This document shows positions 47,962 to 56,955 of a stretch of 64,000 bases of DNA, piece after piece. This DNA comes from an uncultured Planctomycetaceae bacterium (lineage in GTDB: Bacteria; Planctomycetota; Phycisphaerae; SM23-33): the NCBI GenBank assembly GCA_964642855.1, contig CAZXSK010000001.1, positions 111,637 through 175,636 on the forward strand, read 5' to 3'. The translations under genes and the position numbers were made by a program. The notes under the pieces are model-generated. The model saw only the letters and a program-made list of their open reading frames with translations, ran no database searches and was not told the DNA's origin. Numbering within the stretch: position 1 is the stretch's first letter; the number at the start of each line of letters is the position of its first letter.

Positions 47962-48756
47962 TTACCACCCCGAATCCGAACCACCCGATGCGCCGGACCT
48001 GGCAGGGAGGTTCCGCAGATCCGGGTTGACCCGGCCCGCATCGCGCCGGCGTGAGACCATGTTCGGATGCAGAACGCCGACCGTCAGCGAACCGTCCACC
48101 CAGGTCTTGACATTCTTGAATTGCTCGAACACCTCGGGCTCCAGCAGGACCTGAACCGTCCGGTACCGGCTGGGACTGTCGTCTCCTCCCCGCGATGCCC
48201 ACGAACGGCGCGTGTCGCTCGACTGGCCTTCGATACCTTCCACCTTGACTGCCGAAAGAATACGGTATGTCTTGCGCTGGCCTCGGGGAGGATCAACGAT
48301 CCCGTACACGTCGACGTAATCGCCCTTCTTGAGCAGTTGCCCCGGCGACGTGCGGGGATCGAACTCGATGGTGAACGCAGATTTGCTTTCGTCGCTCCAC
48401 TTCTCCGATCCGCCCACCTGCCCGAGGTCGGTGTGGAGGATGTACTCGCCCTTCTTGATCTGCCGGCTGGGACGGGTACCCAGCACGATCTCGGCGTTCT
48501 CCCGCTTGACGACCTTTCCGATCGAGTCCATCAGGTCTCTCGGAATACTCACCTCGCTGAGATGGTCGCTGGTGATCTCTTCGCCGGCTTCGATATTTCT
48601 GCTGGCGCGAATGACTTCTACCAGATCGCCCTTGCCTTCTTCACGAACCGCGCGAATGTGGAGGTTGTAGACCAGTGCCGCAGCCATGCCCAACGCCACC
48701 GACACGACCACCAGAACCACATTGCTCACGCCCTGACCGCTGGATTCTTCTGCCAT
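47962..48756 (-). CDS. cpaB: Flp pilus assembly protein CpaB/RcpC
   Basis: N-terminal transmembrane anchor followed by a SAF domain (VIRASRNIEAGEEITSDHLSEVSIP). Size and architecture fit CpaB. Confidence 0.75.
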   Translation of the reverse strand: MAEESSGQGVSNVVLVVVSVALGMAAALVYNLHIRAVREEGKGDLVEVIRASRNIEAGEEITSDHLSEVSIPRDLMDSIGKVVKRENAEIVLGTRPSRQIKKGEYILHTDLGQVGGSEKWSDESKSAFTIEFDPRTSPGQLLKKGDYVDVYGIVDPPRGQRKTYRILSAVKVEGIEGQSSDTRRSWASRGGDDSPSRYRTVQVLLEPEVFEQFKNVKTWVDGSLTVGVLHPNMVSRRRDAGRVNPDLRNLPARSGASGGSDSGW

Positions 48757-48769
48757 GTCTCGCCTCTCA

Positions 48770-49339
48770 TTACGAACCCGCCGACGAATCGGTCGGCCGG
48801 GCGATTACCAGTATTTCGACAATATTGCCCGTTGCAGACTGTTTTCGCAAGACCAGCTCGATGAATGCTCCGGGTTTTTGCAGAATCAGCCCCGGGGAGT
48901 CCTCCTCGCCCCGGCGTGAGAGCACTCGCCATCCGCGCTGCCTGGCGGTGCTGTCGTACCACGCGATCGCTTCTTCCTGGCCCGTGGAGCCTTGGTATTT
49001 CATCACGGTCAAACCGCCGGGCATCCGCCAGGCTTCGCTACGATCCATGCCCGACGGCGGAGGCAGGAGGTCCTCCGACTCCGGAATCGCGATCACCCCG
49101 GCAGCGGCAGCCGGATTGCTGAGGAAAGAGGCAAAATTCCCGTCCGCTGCGGGCTGGGGCACTTCTGCACTTCCCCGCGACTTGGAACCGTGGTCGGACT
49201 CCTGGTCCTTGCGGACGAGAAAGACGTGGATCTGCCAGGCGGCAAACACACCGGCCGCCAGGAGAAGAACGTACAACAGCAACCGGCCCGTAAGCCTGGG
49301 CCGGCCTCGCTTGCGAGGATGTTCTGCACGGAAGCCCAT
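48770..49339 (-). CDS. hypothetical membrane-anchored protein in Tad locus
   Basis: RLLLYVLLLAAGVFAAWQIHVF is a single transmembrane helix. No known motifs. Tightly packed between tadE and cpaB. Confidence 0.5.
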   Translation of the reverse strand: MGFRAEHPRKRGRPRLTGRLLLYVLLLAAGVFAAWQIHVFLVRKDQESDHGSKSRGSAEVPQPAADGNFASFLSNPAAAAGVIAIPESEDLLPPPSGMDRSEAWRMPGGLTVMKYQGSTGQEEAIAWYDSTARQRGWRVLSRRGEEDSPGLILQKPGAFIELVLRKQSATGNIVEILVIARPTDSSAGS

Positions 49340-49356
49340 GTATCCGAGAATCCGAT

Positions 49357-49953
49357 CTACCAGCCGTGACGGTAGAGATTTCGGACGGTCTGGGCAAGCT
49401 CCTCCCCCGGAGCGCTTACGTTCTCGAGGGCTTCATCGAGATCTTCGAGGAACAACTCCACCACTGCCGAACTGGGCGAACACTGACCCCGCTTCCAGGA
49501 CACCCCGTCGCGCAGATGCTCCCGCTGGATCGCTCCGGTGAACGACTGCCACGCCCCGACGTCCGAAGGGAACTCTGCCGAGACATATCCTCTCCAGCCC
49601 TTAGGGAACCTTCGCAGCACGCTCTCTTCGGCGTACTCTCCGGCCTCCCGCGAGACCTGGTCGGCTCCGTCAACGAGGTACTCCAGGGTGTCCAGGGGTC
49701 CCCTGCCGCCATGGATGGCCACGCCTTCAGCCCGGTCGCCAAAGAACCGCTGATTCAGTCCGTTGGGCTCGTCGTTTTGCATTCCGTTCCAGGCTGTATA
49801 GCGGGCGGATATCCGCACGTGCTGCTGGTCCATCATCGCCTTGCCGAAGAAAAACGTCAGCCCGATCACCAGCGCCAGGAGGGGCACGACCATGACGAAC
49901 TCGATCATCGCCGCTCCGCGTCGTCTGCAGGATTGTCTCGGTTTCAGTCTCAT
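49357..49953 (-). CDS. TadE-like pseudopilin
   Basis: RRRGAAMIEFVMVVPLLALVIGLTFFFG matches the TadE/TadG N-terminal motif. Start MRLKPRQ is internal to track ORF 49357..49977. Confidence 0.75.
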   Translation of the reverse strand: MRLKPRQSCRRRGAAMIEFVMVVPLLALVIGLTFFFGKAMMDQQHVRISARYTAWNGMQNDEPNGLNQRFFGDRAEGVAIHGGRGPLDTLEYLVDGADQVSREAGEYAEESVLRRFPKGWRGYVSAEFPSDVGAWQSFTGAIQREHLRDGVSWKRGQCSPSSAVVELFLEDLDEALENVSAPGEELAQTVRNLYRHGW

Positions 49954-50001
49954 GTCATTAGTGAAACCCGCCTGCACAAAGCGGGTATCGCCGGCCTGCG
50001 G

Positions 50002-52071
50002 TCAGTGATTCAGGTGTGTCTCCGCGAGATCTTCCGGGATGATTTCCAGGTATTCCAGAGCTTCCTGGACGTCGCCCGGAGACAGGAAATAGGCGGGTGT
50101 GTCGCCAAGCCCGGCTTCCATCCTCTGCATCCAGTCGTCCCACTTGCTTACCGGTGTAAGCGCGACTTCCCAATCCTGGGTCCACAGATCCCAACTGGAA
50201 TGATTGAACAGCTTCGCCTGCGAGACCGCAGTGATCGTCTCTGAAGGGTTGGCGTTCTTGAACTTCTGGGACCACACCGCGCTGCGGTCATGGGTGCGGG
50301 CAACAGCCAGGAAGCTGAAATATCTTCGCCGCCAGCCTTCATCCGGATCCCGGCTGTAGGGGTTGTAGTCACCTTCCGACGTGTCGATCATGATCGGATA
50401 CGGCAGGTCGGAGTCCGTGTCATAATTGCAGGGGTTGCGAACCTCGACCATCGGCCCGATGTCGACCCCGGCAAAAACCCAGAAAGCCGTCATGTACACC
50501 TTCTGCCAGATCGCCTCCTTGGTATCCTCGTCGATGATCAGCGATATGCCGATTTCCTCGTCGACGGTAGTTTCGTACCAGTAGTCATCCCGCCAGATGT
50601 GATCGGCTACCTTCGGCACGGACCACTTGTCCGGATCCTGCCAGCCACCGGCCCACACCGCGATCGGCCGCTCGCCGTTGGTCCGGTACGTGCCGTCCTC
50701 CAGCCAGCGGGAATCGGTCGGAGGATACTTCGACGCGACCTCCACCAGGTAGAACATGGTCTGGTGAACCTTGTTCGGGTCCTGCTGGGCGACGGTACGG
50801 GCCTTGGGATAAGGCCAGACCCACTGGGGGTAATGATACTCCTTCTCCTGCATGCCGGGCTTGAACATGTACTCCAGCTTGATGTTCGCCAGATCGTGAC
50901 AGAAGCGATAGAACTGCGTGTCGTTGAGGGCTCCCTCGTGATGCCGATACCACCTTGGCCCGTCCCACTGCCAGTGATCGTTGGCGTACCAGTCGATCCG
51001 CTCGAATGCCCAACGATACGGGCCGAACGTGTGATAGCCAATCGTCTTCCAGTCGCTCGGTGCCCACCGGCCTGCTGTTCCACCGTCGCTGTTGCCGCGT
51101 GCCGAGCCCCCTACACGCCGGCCTCCGACATTGACATTCCCCCCCCCGCCGCGCGTCTTGCCCACGCCCGGCGTTCCGGGCACCCACTGCCACGCAGTCG
51201 CCTGGCGAATGTAGTGCCTCCACCGATGCAGCCTCGCGTACGGGCCCAGACGGTGAGGATACTTCATATCGGGAATCGCCCCGCCCCTGCCGCCTTGTTC
51301 GGACACCGTAGCCGAGCCGTCGACGACTCGTTCACTGCCCACCAGGACCGGCCGGAAATCGGGGAACTCACCCCGCCTCGCCGGGATCACCGGAAGCAGT
51401 GGCGCGATGAAGGCTACGTCGGCGTGGCTTTCCTTTCCGAACTGGACGGCGTTGGCCTGGGCGAGGATGCCAGCCGATTCGCCCGTAGCCTCGGACACCT
51501 CGCCCAACGTGACCGCCGCCCGCCAGAGCATGCCCGACGGGGCACTGCCTCCCCGGTGCCAGTACGTGTACTCCGTCATGTCAAAGCCGCTGTGGTTGAT
51601 CGCCTCGTCGAAGGCGATCAGGATGTCCCTCTGGGTGGCCATGCGCTCCCGGAGCGAGGAAAGCCCTTCCTCCAGCAGGTCGCCGCCGCCGTTCATTGGC
51701 GGGATGCTGCGCTGGAGCTGGTACTCAAGCATCTTCTCCCACTCGGTGGTTTCCTTGCGGGACATCTCGGTGCCCAACGGCAGGGCATCCATGACGGGCA
51801 CCAGCGCGATGAGCTTCGCCTGCCCCGTATTGTTCATCGCGACCATGTTCATCGACCGCGCCATCCAATTGGCCCCGCTGATGGCGGCGGAATCCGCGGC
51901 GTTCTGCATCTCCAGCCTGCGGTTGACCTGGTCGCCGAGGTTGTAGACGAAGAAGATCAGCCCGACCAGAACCGTCATGCCGATCAGCGTGACAACCAGC
52001 ACCTGTCCGCGGCGCCGGCGACCCGTGCCCGTCGGACGAATGCGTTTCGTTCTGGCCAGTCTCATTCCCAT
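50002..52071 (-). CDS. TadG-like large Tad pilus-associated protein (Trp-rich)
   Basis: RRRRGQVLVVTLIGMTVLVGLIFFVYNLG (Tad N-terminal motif, PF13400-like). 689 aa, followed by a long Trp/Tyr-rich extracellular region. Confidence 0.7.
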   Translation of the reverse strand: MGMRLARTKRIRPTGTGRRRRGQVLVVTLIGMTVLVGLIFFVYNLGDQVNRRLEMQNAADSAAISGANWMARSMNMVAMNNTGQAKLIALVPVMDALPLGTEMSRKETTEWEKMLEYQLQRSIPPMNGGGDLLEEGLSSLRERMATQRDILIAFDEAINHSGFDMTEYTYWHRGGSAPSGMLWRAAVTLGEVSEATGESAGILAQANAVQFGKESHADVAFIAPLLPVIPARRGEFPDFRPVLVGSERVVDGSATVSEQGGRGGAIPDMKYPHRLGPYARLHRWRHYIRQATAWQWVPGTPGVGKTRGGGGNVNVGGRRVGGSARGNSDGGTAGRWAPSDWKTIGYHTFGPYRWAFERIDWYANDHWQWDGPRWYRHHEGALNDTQFYRFCHDLANIKLEYMFKPGMQEKEYHYPQWVWPYPKARTVAQQDPNKVHQTMFYLVEVASKYPPTDSRWLEDGTYRTNGERPIAVWAGGWQDPDKWSVPKVADHIWRDDYWYETTVDEEIGISLIIDEDTKEAIWQKVYMTAFWVFAGVDIGPMVEVRNPCNYDTDSDLPYPIMIDTSEGDYNPYSRDPDEGWRRRYFSFLAVARTHDRSAVWSQKFKNANPSETITAVSQAKLFNHSSWDLWTQDWEVALTPVSKWDDWMQRMEAGLGDTPAYFLSPGDVQEALEYLEIIPEDLAETHLNH

Positions 52072-52091
52072 GATTTGTCTCGAAGAATCGA

Positions 52092-54842
52092 TCAGGAGCC
52101 CTGATCGGCCTGCTCGGCCTTTTCCAGCAGATCCTGGACCTCGGGGGTATTCTTCATGCTTTTGGCGATCACGAAATACGCCTTGGCGCTCTTGGCTTCA
52201 CCTTCGGCCAGTGCCTCCTTGCCCAGCCGGATGTTCATGCCGTATTTGGCGTCGCGAATCCCATCGGCTACTGCTGCAGGAGGCGTGGGGTACACCTCGC
52301 CGGCGTTCTCGAACAGGTTGATGGCCTTCTTGAAATCCTCCGCCTCCAGGGCAGCCCGGGCGGCGGTCATGCGCTTCTCGAACTCCACCTTCCGGGCCAT
52401 CGCTTCCTGCAGAGATTCCACGCGCAGCTTCTCGGAAGGTTTGATGCCAATGGCCTTCTCGTAGGCCGATGCGGCCTTGGCGTATTCACCTTCGTCCCGC
52501 AGCTGATTGGCCTTGTCCAACTGGATCTCGAACTGGCAGGTGATGATCTTCGCATCCAGCTCGGCGCCCTGGCGGATCTTCCGGGCGTCCATGAACTTCT
52601 CCAACGCCTCGTCCCAGTCCCGTGCGACCATCGCGGCGTCCCCAGCTGCCACCAGCGAGCTGTATTCGGCGTTCTCCTGCAACTCATCCAGCGCATCCTT
52701 GGCCTTCTGATTGTCCGGATTGACCTGCAATGCCCGAACGAACAGTCGCTCGGCTTCCTTGGTCTCACCGTCGACCAGGGCCTTGTTGGCGACGCTTACG
52801 TAGTAGTCGGACTCTACAGTCTTGATCCGCTCGGCCAGTTGTGGCGAGGAACGGATCTCCGAAGCGGCTTTGAGATTCTTCAACTCCTCGGCCAGGTTTC
52901 CACGCTTGGCTGCGCGCTCTGCAGCGGTCATCGCCTCGGCATATTCCCTGCTGCCCTGCATGCTTTCCTTGCGCATCGAGGCCATCTCGCGAAGGTTCTC
53001 GATACGGTCTTCTCCCAGGAGTCGTTCGTTCCTGGGATCATCGAGTTTCTCTACCAGTTCCCCGTAGACCTCTGCTGCAGCTGCGTAGTCCTGCTGCTCG
53101 GCCAGTTCGTCCCCACGTGCCAACATGGTCGAGAGCTGATTCTCCAGTTCGGCCTTGTCGACCTTCTCGATGAAATCGTAGTAGCGCGTCTCAAACATCT
53201 TCTGACCGGCGTCCAGTCGGCCGTATCGATCCCGCAGGACGTCTCGGGCCTGTTTGAATTCCTTGCTATCCAGGTGCTGCTGGGCTTCCTCCAAAGCCGT
53301 CAGGAAGTCCCTGCTGTTCTGGTAGTAGCTGGAGAGATTCTCGATCTCGGTTTCAACGATTCCACTGGCCCAGTCGGCCAGAGGCTGGTCGTATTTTGTC
53401 TGCACGAGGATCGCCTTGCGTTTGGCTTCGTCGCGGGCGGTAGCGGCGGCCTTCCAGTCCTGACTATCCACCGCGACGCGGCCCCTGGCGACTTCCAGGA
53501 GCACCGACGCCTTGGCGTATTCCAGCGTGTCCCGGTACTTCTCACGGATCGCTTCAAACTCCGGGATGGACTCCGCGAATTTCCGTTCGTCGAAGAGCTT
53601 CTTCGCTTCGGCGTAGGACGACTGGACCTGCTCCTGGTAGGCCTTCTTCTGGAAGTGCTTCTGCAGACCCAGCGTGATGCCCACCCCGAGGATCCCCAGC
53701 ACCACGACCGCAGCGAGCACAATTTTTGTCCGTGTCGAAAAGCTCGTTTTGGGCACCGGGGCAGTCGGCGCGGCGTCATCGACCGAGTCGCTGCTGCCTT
53801 CCTTCTTACCCGGCAGTGAAGCCCCTTCCAGTGCGCCACCGAGGCTGGTGTCGTCCAGTTGGACCTGCGCCCCTCCCGCTGCCCGCCGGCCCGCTTGACC
53901 GGCCTTTCTCGCCGATCGCCCGCGCGATCCGCCTGCCGCCTTGCGGGCCTTGGGCGAGAAACCCAGCTTGATCGCGCGGCCGAGTTCTTCCATCCCCGCG
54001 TACCGGTCCCGCGGGTCCTTGGCAATCATCTTCATCACGATGTGAGAGAGTTCCGACGGCACCTGCGGATTGATCTCGACCGGGGGCGGGGCTTTCACAC
54101 CCGGGTTACCATGCCATTTCATCCACCGGAGGTGTTCGCTGTGCTTGTCGCGCGTGATGTCGGCGAAGACCTCATTGAATTTGTCCCGCCCGAGCAAAAG
54201 CTCGTACATGATGAAGCCCAGCGAATACATGTCCGCACGCCCGTCGACTGGCTCGTCGCTTTCTCCGTACAGCTCCGGGGCCATGTACTTGGTGGTCCCA
54301 AGGACCATGGAAGTCTGTCCACTGCTGCCGGCCGCTACGCCGAAATCGGCGATCTTCGGATGCAGCCCTTCGGTGACGATGATATTGGCGGGTTTGATGT
54401 CCCGGTGGATGATTCCCGCCGCGTGGACGTCGTGCAAAGCGGCCGCCAGTCGCCAGAGAATCTGGAGCACCGCCTTCGGCTCGGTCGGGCCAGGATTGTC
54501 GGCAAGCACCCTCTCCAGGCTCGGGCCCTTGACGTATTCCATGACGATGAACAGCCCCTGCTCCTCCTGGAGAAGCTCGTGGATCGTCACCACGGCAGGC
54601 TGTTCCTGTCCGAGACGGGCCAGGATCTGGGCTTCCTTTCGGAACCGTTCGAGAAACTCTTCGTCGGCGGCAAGATGGGTCGACACCTGCTTGATCGCCA
54701 CGTCGCGATCGAGAAGCGGGTCGTGACAGCGATAGATGACCGCCTGCCCGCCGATCGCAAGGCGTTCGATCACCTCGTACTTGCCGATCCTGGTTCCGGG
54801 CCTGAGCCCGACGTCTTTTCCCTGTCCGTCCTGGTTGGCCAT
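52092..54842 (-). CDS. Ser/Thr protein kinase with transmembrane segment and C-terminal TPR repeats
   Basis: Hanks-type kinase motifs: GGQAVIYRCHD...AIK (subdomain I/II), HRDIKPANII (VIb), DFG (VII), APE (VIII). Transmembrane helix IVLAAVVVLGILGVGITL. Roughly 500 aa of TPR-like repeats. Confidence 0.9.
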   Translation of the reverse strand: MANQDGQGKDVGLRPGTRIGKYEVIERLAIGGQAVIYRCHDPLLDRDVAIKQVSTHLAADEEFLERFRKEAQILARLGQEQPAVVTIHELLQEEQGLFIVMEYVKGPSLERVLADNPGPTEPKAVLQILWRLAAALHDVHAAGIIHRDIKPANIIVTEGLHPKIADFGVAAGSSGQTSMVLGTTKYMAPELYGESDEPVDGRADMYSLGFIMYELLLGRDKFNEVFADITRDKHSEHLRWMKWHGNPGVKAPPPVEINPQVPSELSHIVMKMIAKDPRDRYAGMEELGRAIKLGFSPKARKAAGGSRGRSARKAGQAGRRAAGGAQVQLDDTSLGGALEGASLPGKKEGSSDSVDDAAPTAPVPKTSFSTRTKIVLAAVVVLGILGVGITLGLQKHFQKKAYQEQVQSSYAEAKKLFDERKFAESIPEFEAIREKYRDTLEYAKASVLLEVARGRVAVDSQDWKAAATARDEAKRKAILVQTKYDQPLADWASGIVETEIENLSSYYQNSRDFLTALEEAQQHLDSKEFKQARDVLRDRYGRLDAGQKMFETRYYDFIEKVDKAELENQLSTMLARGDELAEQQDYAAAAEVYGELVEKLDDPRNERLLGEDRIENLREMASMRKESMQGSREYAEAMTAAERAAKRGNLAEELKNLKAASEIRSSPQLAERIKTVESDYYVSVANKALVDGETKEAERLFVRALQVNPDNQKAKDALDELQENAEYSSLVAAGDAAMVARDWDEALEKFMDARKIRQGAELDAKIITCQFEIQLDKANQLRDEGEYAKAASAYEKAIGIKPSEKLRVESLQEAMARKVEFEKRMTAARAALEAEDFKKAINLFENAGEVYPTPPAAVADGIRDAKYGMNIRLGKEALAEGEAKSAKAYFVIAKSMKNTPEVQDLLEKAEQADQGS

Positions 54843-54901
54843 CTACTGCATCCTGATTGTAAAGAACCCGTCGGCGTCGCTTGGTGGGCGTCGCCGACCT
54901 G

Positions 54902-55855
54902 TCAGTCCACGGTATCGAACCGTTCCACGTCGACGTAATCCTGCGCGCCCTCGTTCTTCATGAAACACGTGGCACGGATCTCCATACCATATTCTCCGTC
55001 GCCGAAGCTCAGCTCCGCCCCGTCGTCGTCCAGCGTAGCAAACAGCCAGGCTCCGTAAGGCACGGAAAGGTACAGCGTGTGATCCACTGTCACCTTGATC
55101 TCTTCGTCAGCCCGGTACCTCTCGTTGTCCGCCGGCGGATTGATCTCGACCGAGGTATAGTCGTCCGCGTAGCCGATCTTCCGGGCGATGCGCCCGTCAA
55201 CCCATCCTGGCGTATCCAAGCCCTGGCTCTGGAAGAAATCGGCGAGACCGTCCGTCAGGCCACGATCGTCCGCCGAGGCCAGCGACCGATTTCCGCAGGC
55301 AACCGGGAGAAGCGCATAGACGGCTGCCCGCTTGACGCGCAGATGCTTGAGCGAGCCGGCCGGAGGGTCCAGCCGGTTGGCGCCCTCGCCGCCGCGGCCG
55401 CTGAAGTCTGCCGGAATCTGAACAACCGCCGATCTGCAGGCGCAGTAGGCGGCGTAGTGCACGCAGAGATTGCCCCCCATCAGCATCGATGACTGCACCA
55501 TGACCAGCACGATCATCAGCATGATCGGCAGAACAAGAGCGAATTCGACAATCGCGGCGCCTCCCTGCCCGTCGCGAGGCTTGCGACGCTGCCTTGCACC
55601 CGACCGCCACAGGAGGACCATCAGCCCTGAGAGACCGGCCGAGCCGACAACGACCACCACGAGGCATCGCAGGAACAACGGCGAAGTAACCGCCGAGACA
55701 ATCCACGAGGAGTTCCATCTGCCACGAAGCGCAGGCCAGGCTACCGCGGCTACCAAGGCAAGAGAACCGGCCAGCGTGACAAGCCAAGCCTTCAGCGCAT
55801 CACGAAAGCCCGGGCCCGTTGCCTCGCAGCCGGGATGTACGTCGGATCGATCCAT
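54902..55855 (-). CDS. TadE/TadG-like pseudopilin
   Basis: GGAAIVEFALVLPIMLMIVLVMVQ matches the TadE motif. Start MDRSDV chosen to abut cpaA (6-nt gap) rather than the track's upstream start. Confidence 0.7.
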   Translation of the reverse strand: MDRSDVHPGCEATGPGFRDALKAWLVTLAGSLALVAAVAWPALRGRWNSSWIVSAVTSPLFLRCLVVVVVGSAGLSGLMVLLWRSGARQRRKPRDGQGGAAIVEFALVLPIMLMIVLVMVQSSMLMGGNLCVHYAAYCACRSAVVQIPADFSGRGGEGANRLDPPAGSLKHLRVKRAAVYALLPVACGNRSLASADDRGLTDGLADFFQSQGLDTPGWVDGRIARKIGYADDYTSVEINPPADNERYRADEEIKVTVDHTLYLSVPYGAWLFATLDDDGAELSFGDGEYGMEIRATCFMKNEGAQDYVDVERFDTVD

Positions 55856-55860
55856 TTCGG

Positions 55861-56439
55861 TCAGATCCCGAAGGGCCAGCGTGCCGCCGCCGGGCCGCGA
55901 ATCAGCGTTTCCACGATCGCCAATGCCGTCCCGATGCAAAGCGCAAGTCCGAAAGGCACCTTCGGGCTGTCTTTCGTTGCAGGATCAGGCGGCCGGCCTG
56001 GCGTCATGCACAGATACAGGAAACGAACGATGCGTCCCATCGTCTCCTTCAGTACGTGACGCTGAAGCATGACGGCAACCGCCATCAGCGCCGCTACGGC
56101 GAAACCATAGAACATTGCGGCCAGTGTCAGACGCCAACCCGCAAGGGCGCCCACTGCGCCCATCAGTTTCGCGTCGCCGCCGTTGATCCCGCCTGCAAAC
56201 CAGGCAACCAGCATGGGGATGAACCCCACACCGAACCCCGCCAGCGCGCCAACAAAGCCCAGCCGATCTTCCCCGCCGGTGAGACCGCCAACCAGCGTAT
56301 GGCCGATCAGCCCGATGGCGATGGCTGGGTACGTCAGGTAGTTGTAGATCTTACCGCTGCGGACGTCGGTGACCGAAGCGGCTATCAGAACCGCAGCCAG
56401 TACCACCAGCGCCCACGCGTATGTCCACACGGGCGGCAT
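55861..56439 (-). CDS. cpaA: prepilin peptidase CpaA/TadV (A24 family)
   Basis: Polytopic membrane protein with GGINGGDAKLMGAVGALAGW (A24 peptidase active-site Asp region). Confidence 0.85.
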   Translation of the reverse strand: MPPVWTYAWALVVLAAVLIAASVTDVRSGKIYNYLTYPAIAIGLIGHTLVGGLTGGEDRLGFVGALAGFGVGFIPMLVAWFAGGINGGDAKLMGAVGALAGWRLTLAAMFYGFAVAALMAVAVMLQRHVLKETMGRIVRFLYLCMTPGRPPDPATKDSPKVPFGLALCIGTALAIVETLIRGPAAARWPFGI

Positions 56440-56492
56440 GGGACTATTGTACCAGAAGACCCATGCCGCCCGCGAGCGCTACTCGAGGGTTC

Positions 56493-56708
56493 TCAGATTT
56501 CATCCGGCGACATTCCCTCGCGTCCCTTGGCCTTGTCCCAAAGCTCGCCAGCCCACTGGGAAATGTCCTTCCAGAACCAGATGATCACAGCCAGCAGAGG
56601 CAGGGCGATTGCGGCAATCACGAGAATGTACTCGACCATGTCCGCTCCGCCTTCGTCCCGGTGCAGCGCCCGCAGCATGCTTCTGACCTTGTTTACCATC
56701 GTATTCAT
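56493..56708 (-). CDS. flp: Flp/Fap pilin
   Basis: HRDEGG^ADMVEYILVIAAIALPLLAVIIWF is the Flp motif (G/xxxxEY followed by a hydrophobic stretch). 71 aa. Confidence 0.8.
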   Translation of the reverse strand: MNTMVNKVRSMLRALHRDEGGADMVEYILVIAAIALPLLAVIIWFWKDISQWAGELWDKAKGREGMSPDEI

Positions 56709-56763
56709 GAGTTCTTCCTCGGATCAGATCCGTACTTCGCCTTCGGCCGTTCCTGCTGATCCG

Positions 56764-56949
56764 TCAGGGAAACGGCAGCGTCTCCAGAAAACTAACCATG
56801 GCGTAATGCGTCACCAGGACATCCAGCAGAATCGCGAGCACCGCGATCATCGGAATCCCAAAGGCCACCAGAAGCAGTGTCCACTCGACCGTCTGCTGGC
56901 CGCCCTGGTCCCGGTGAAACCTTCGAACTCTCTGCATCCACGGTGCCAT
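56764..56949 (-). CDS. flp: Flp/Fap pilin (second paralog)
   Basis: HRDQGG^QQTVEWTLLLVAFGIPMIAVLAILL is Flp-like. 61 aa. Confidence 0.75.
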   Translation of the reverse strand: MAPWMQRVRRFHRDQGGQQTVEWTLLLVAFGIPMIAVLAILLDVLVTHYAMVSFLETLPFP

Positions 56950-56955
56950 CTCGCC

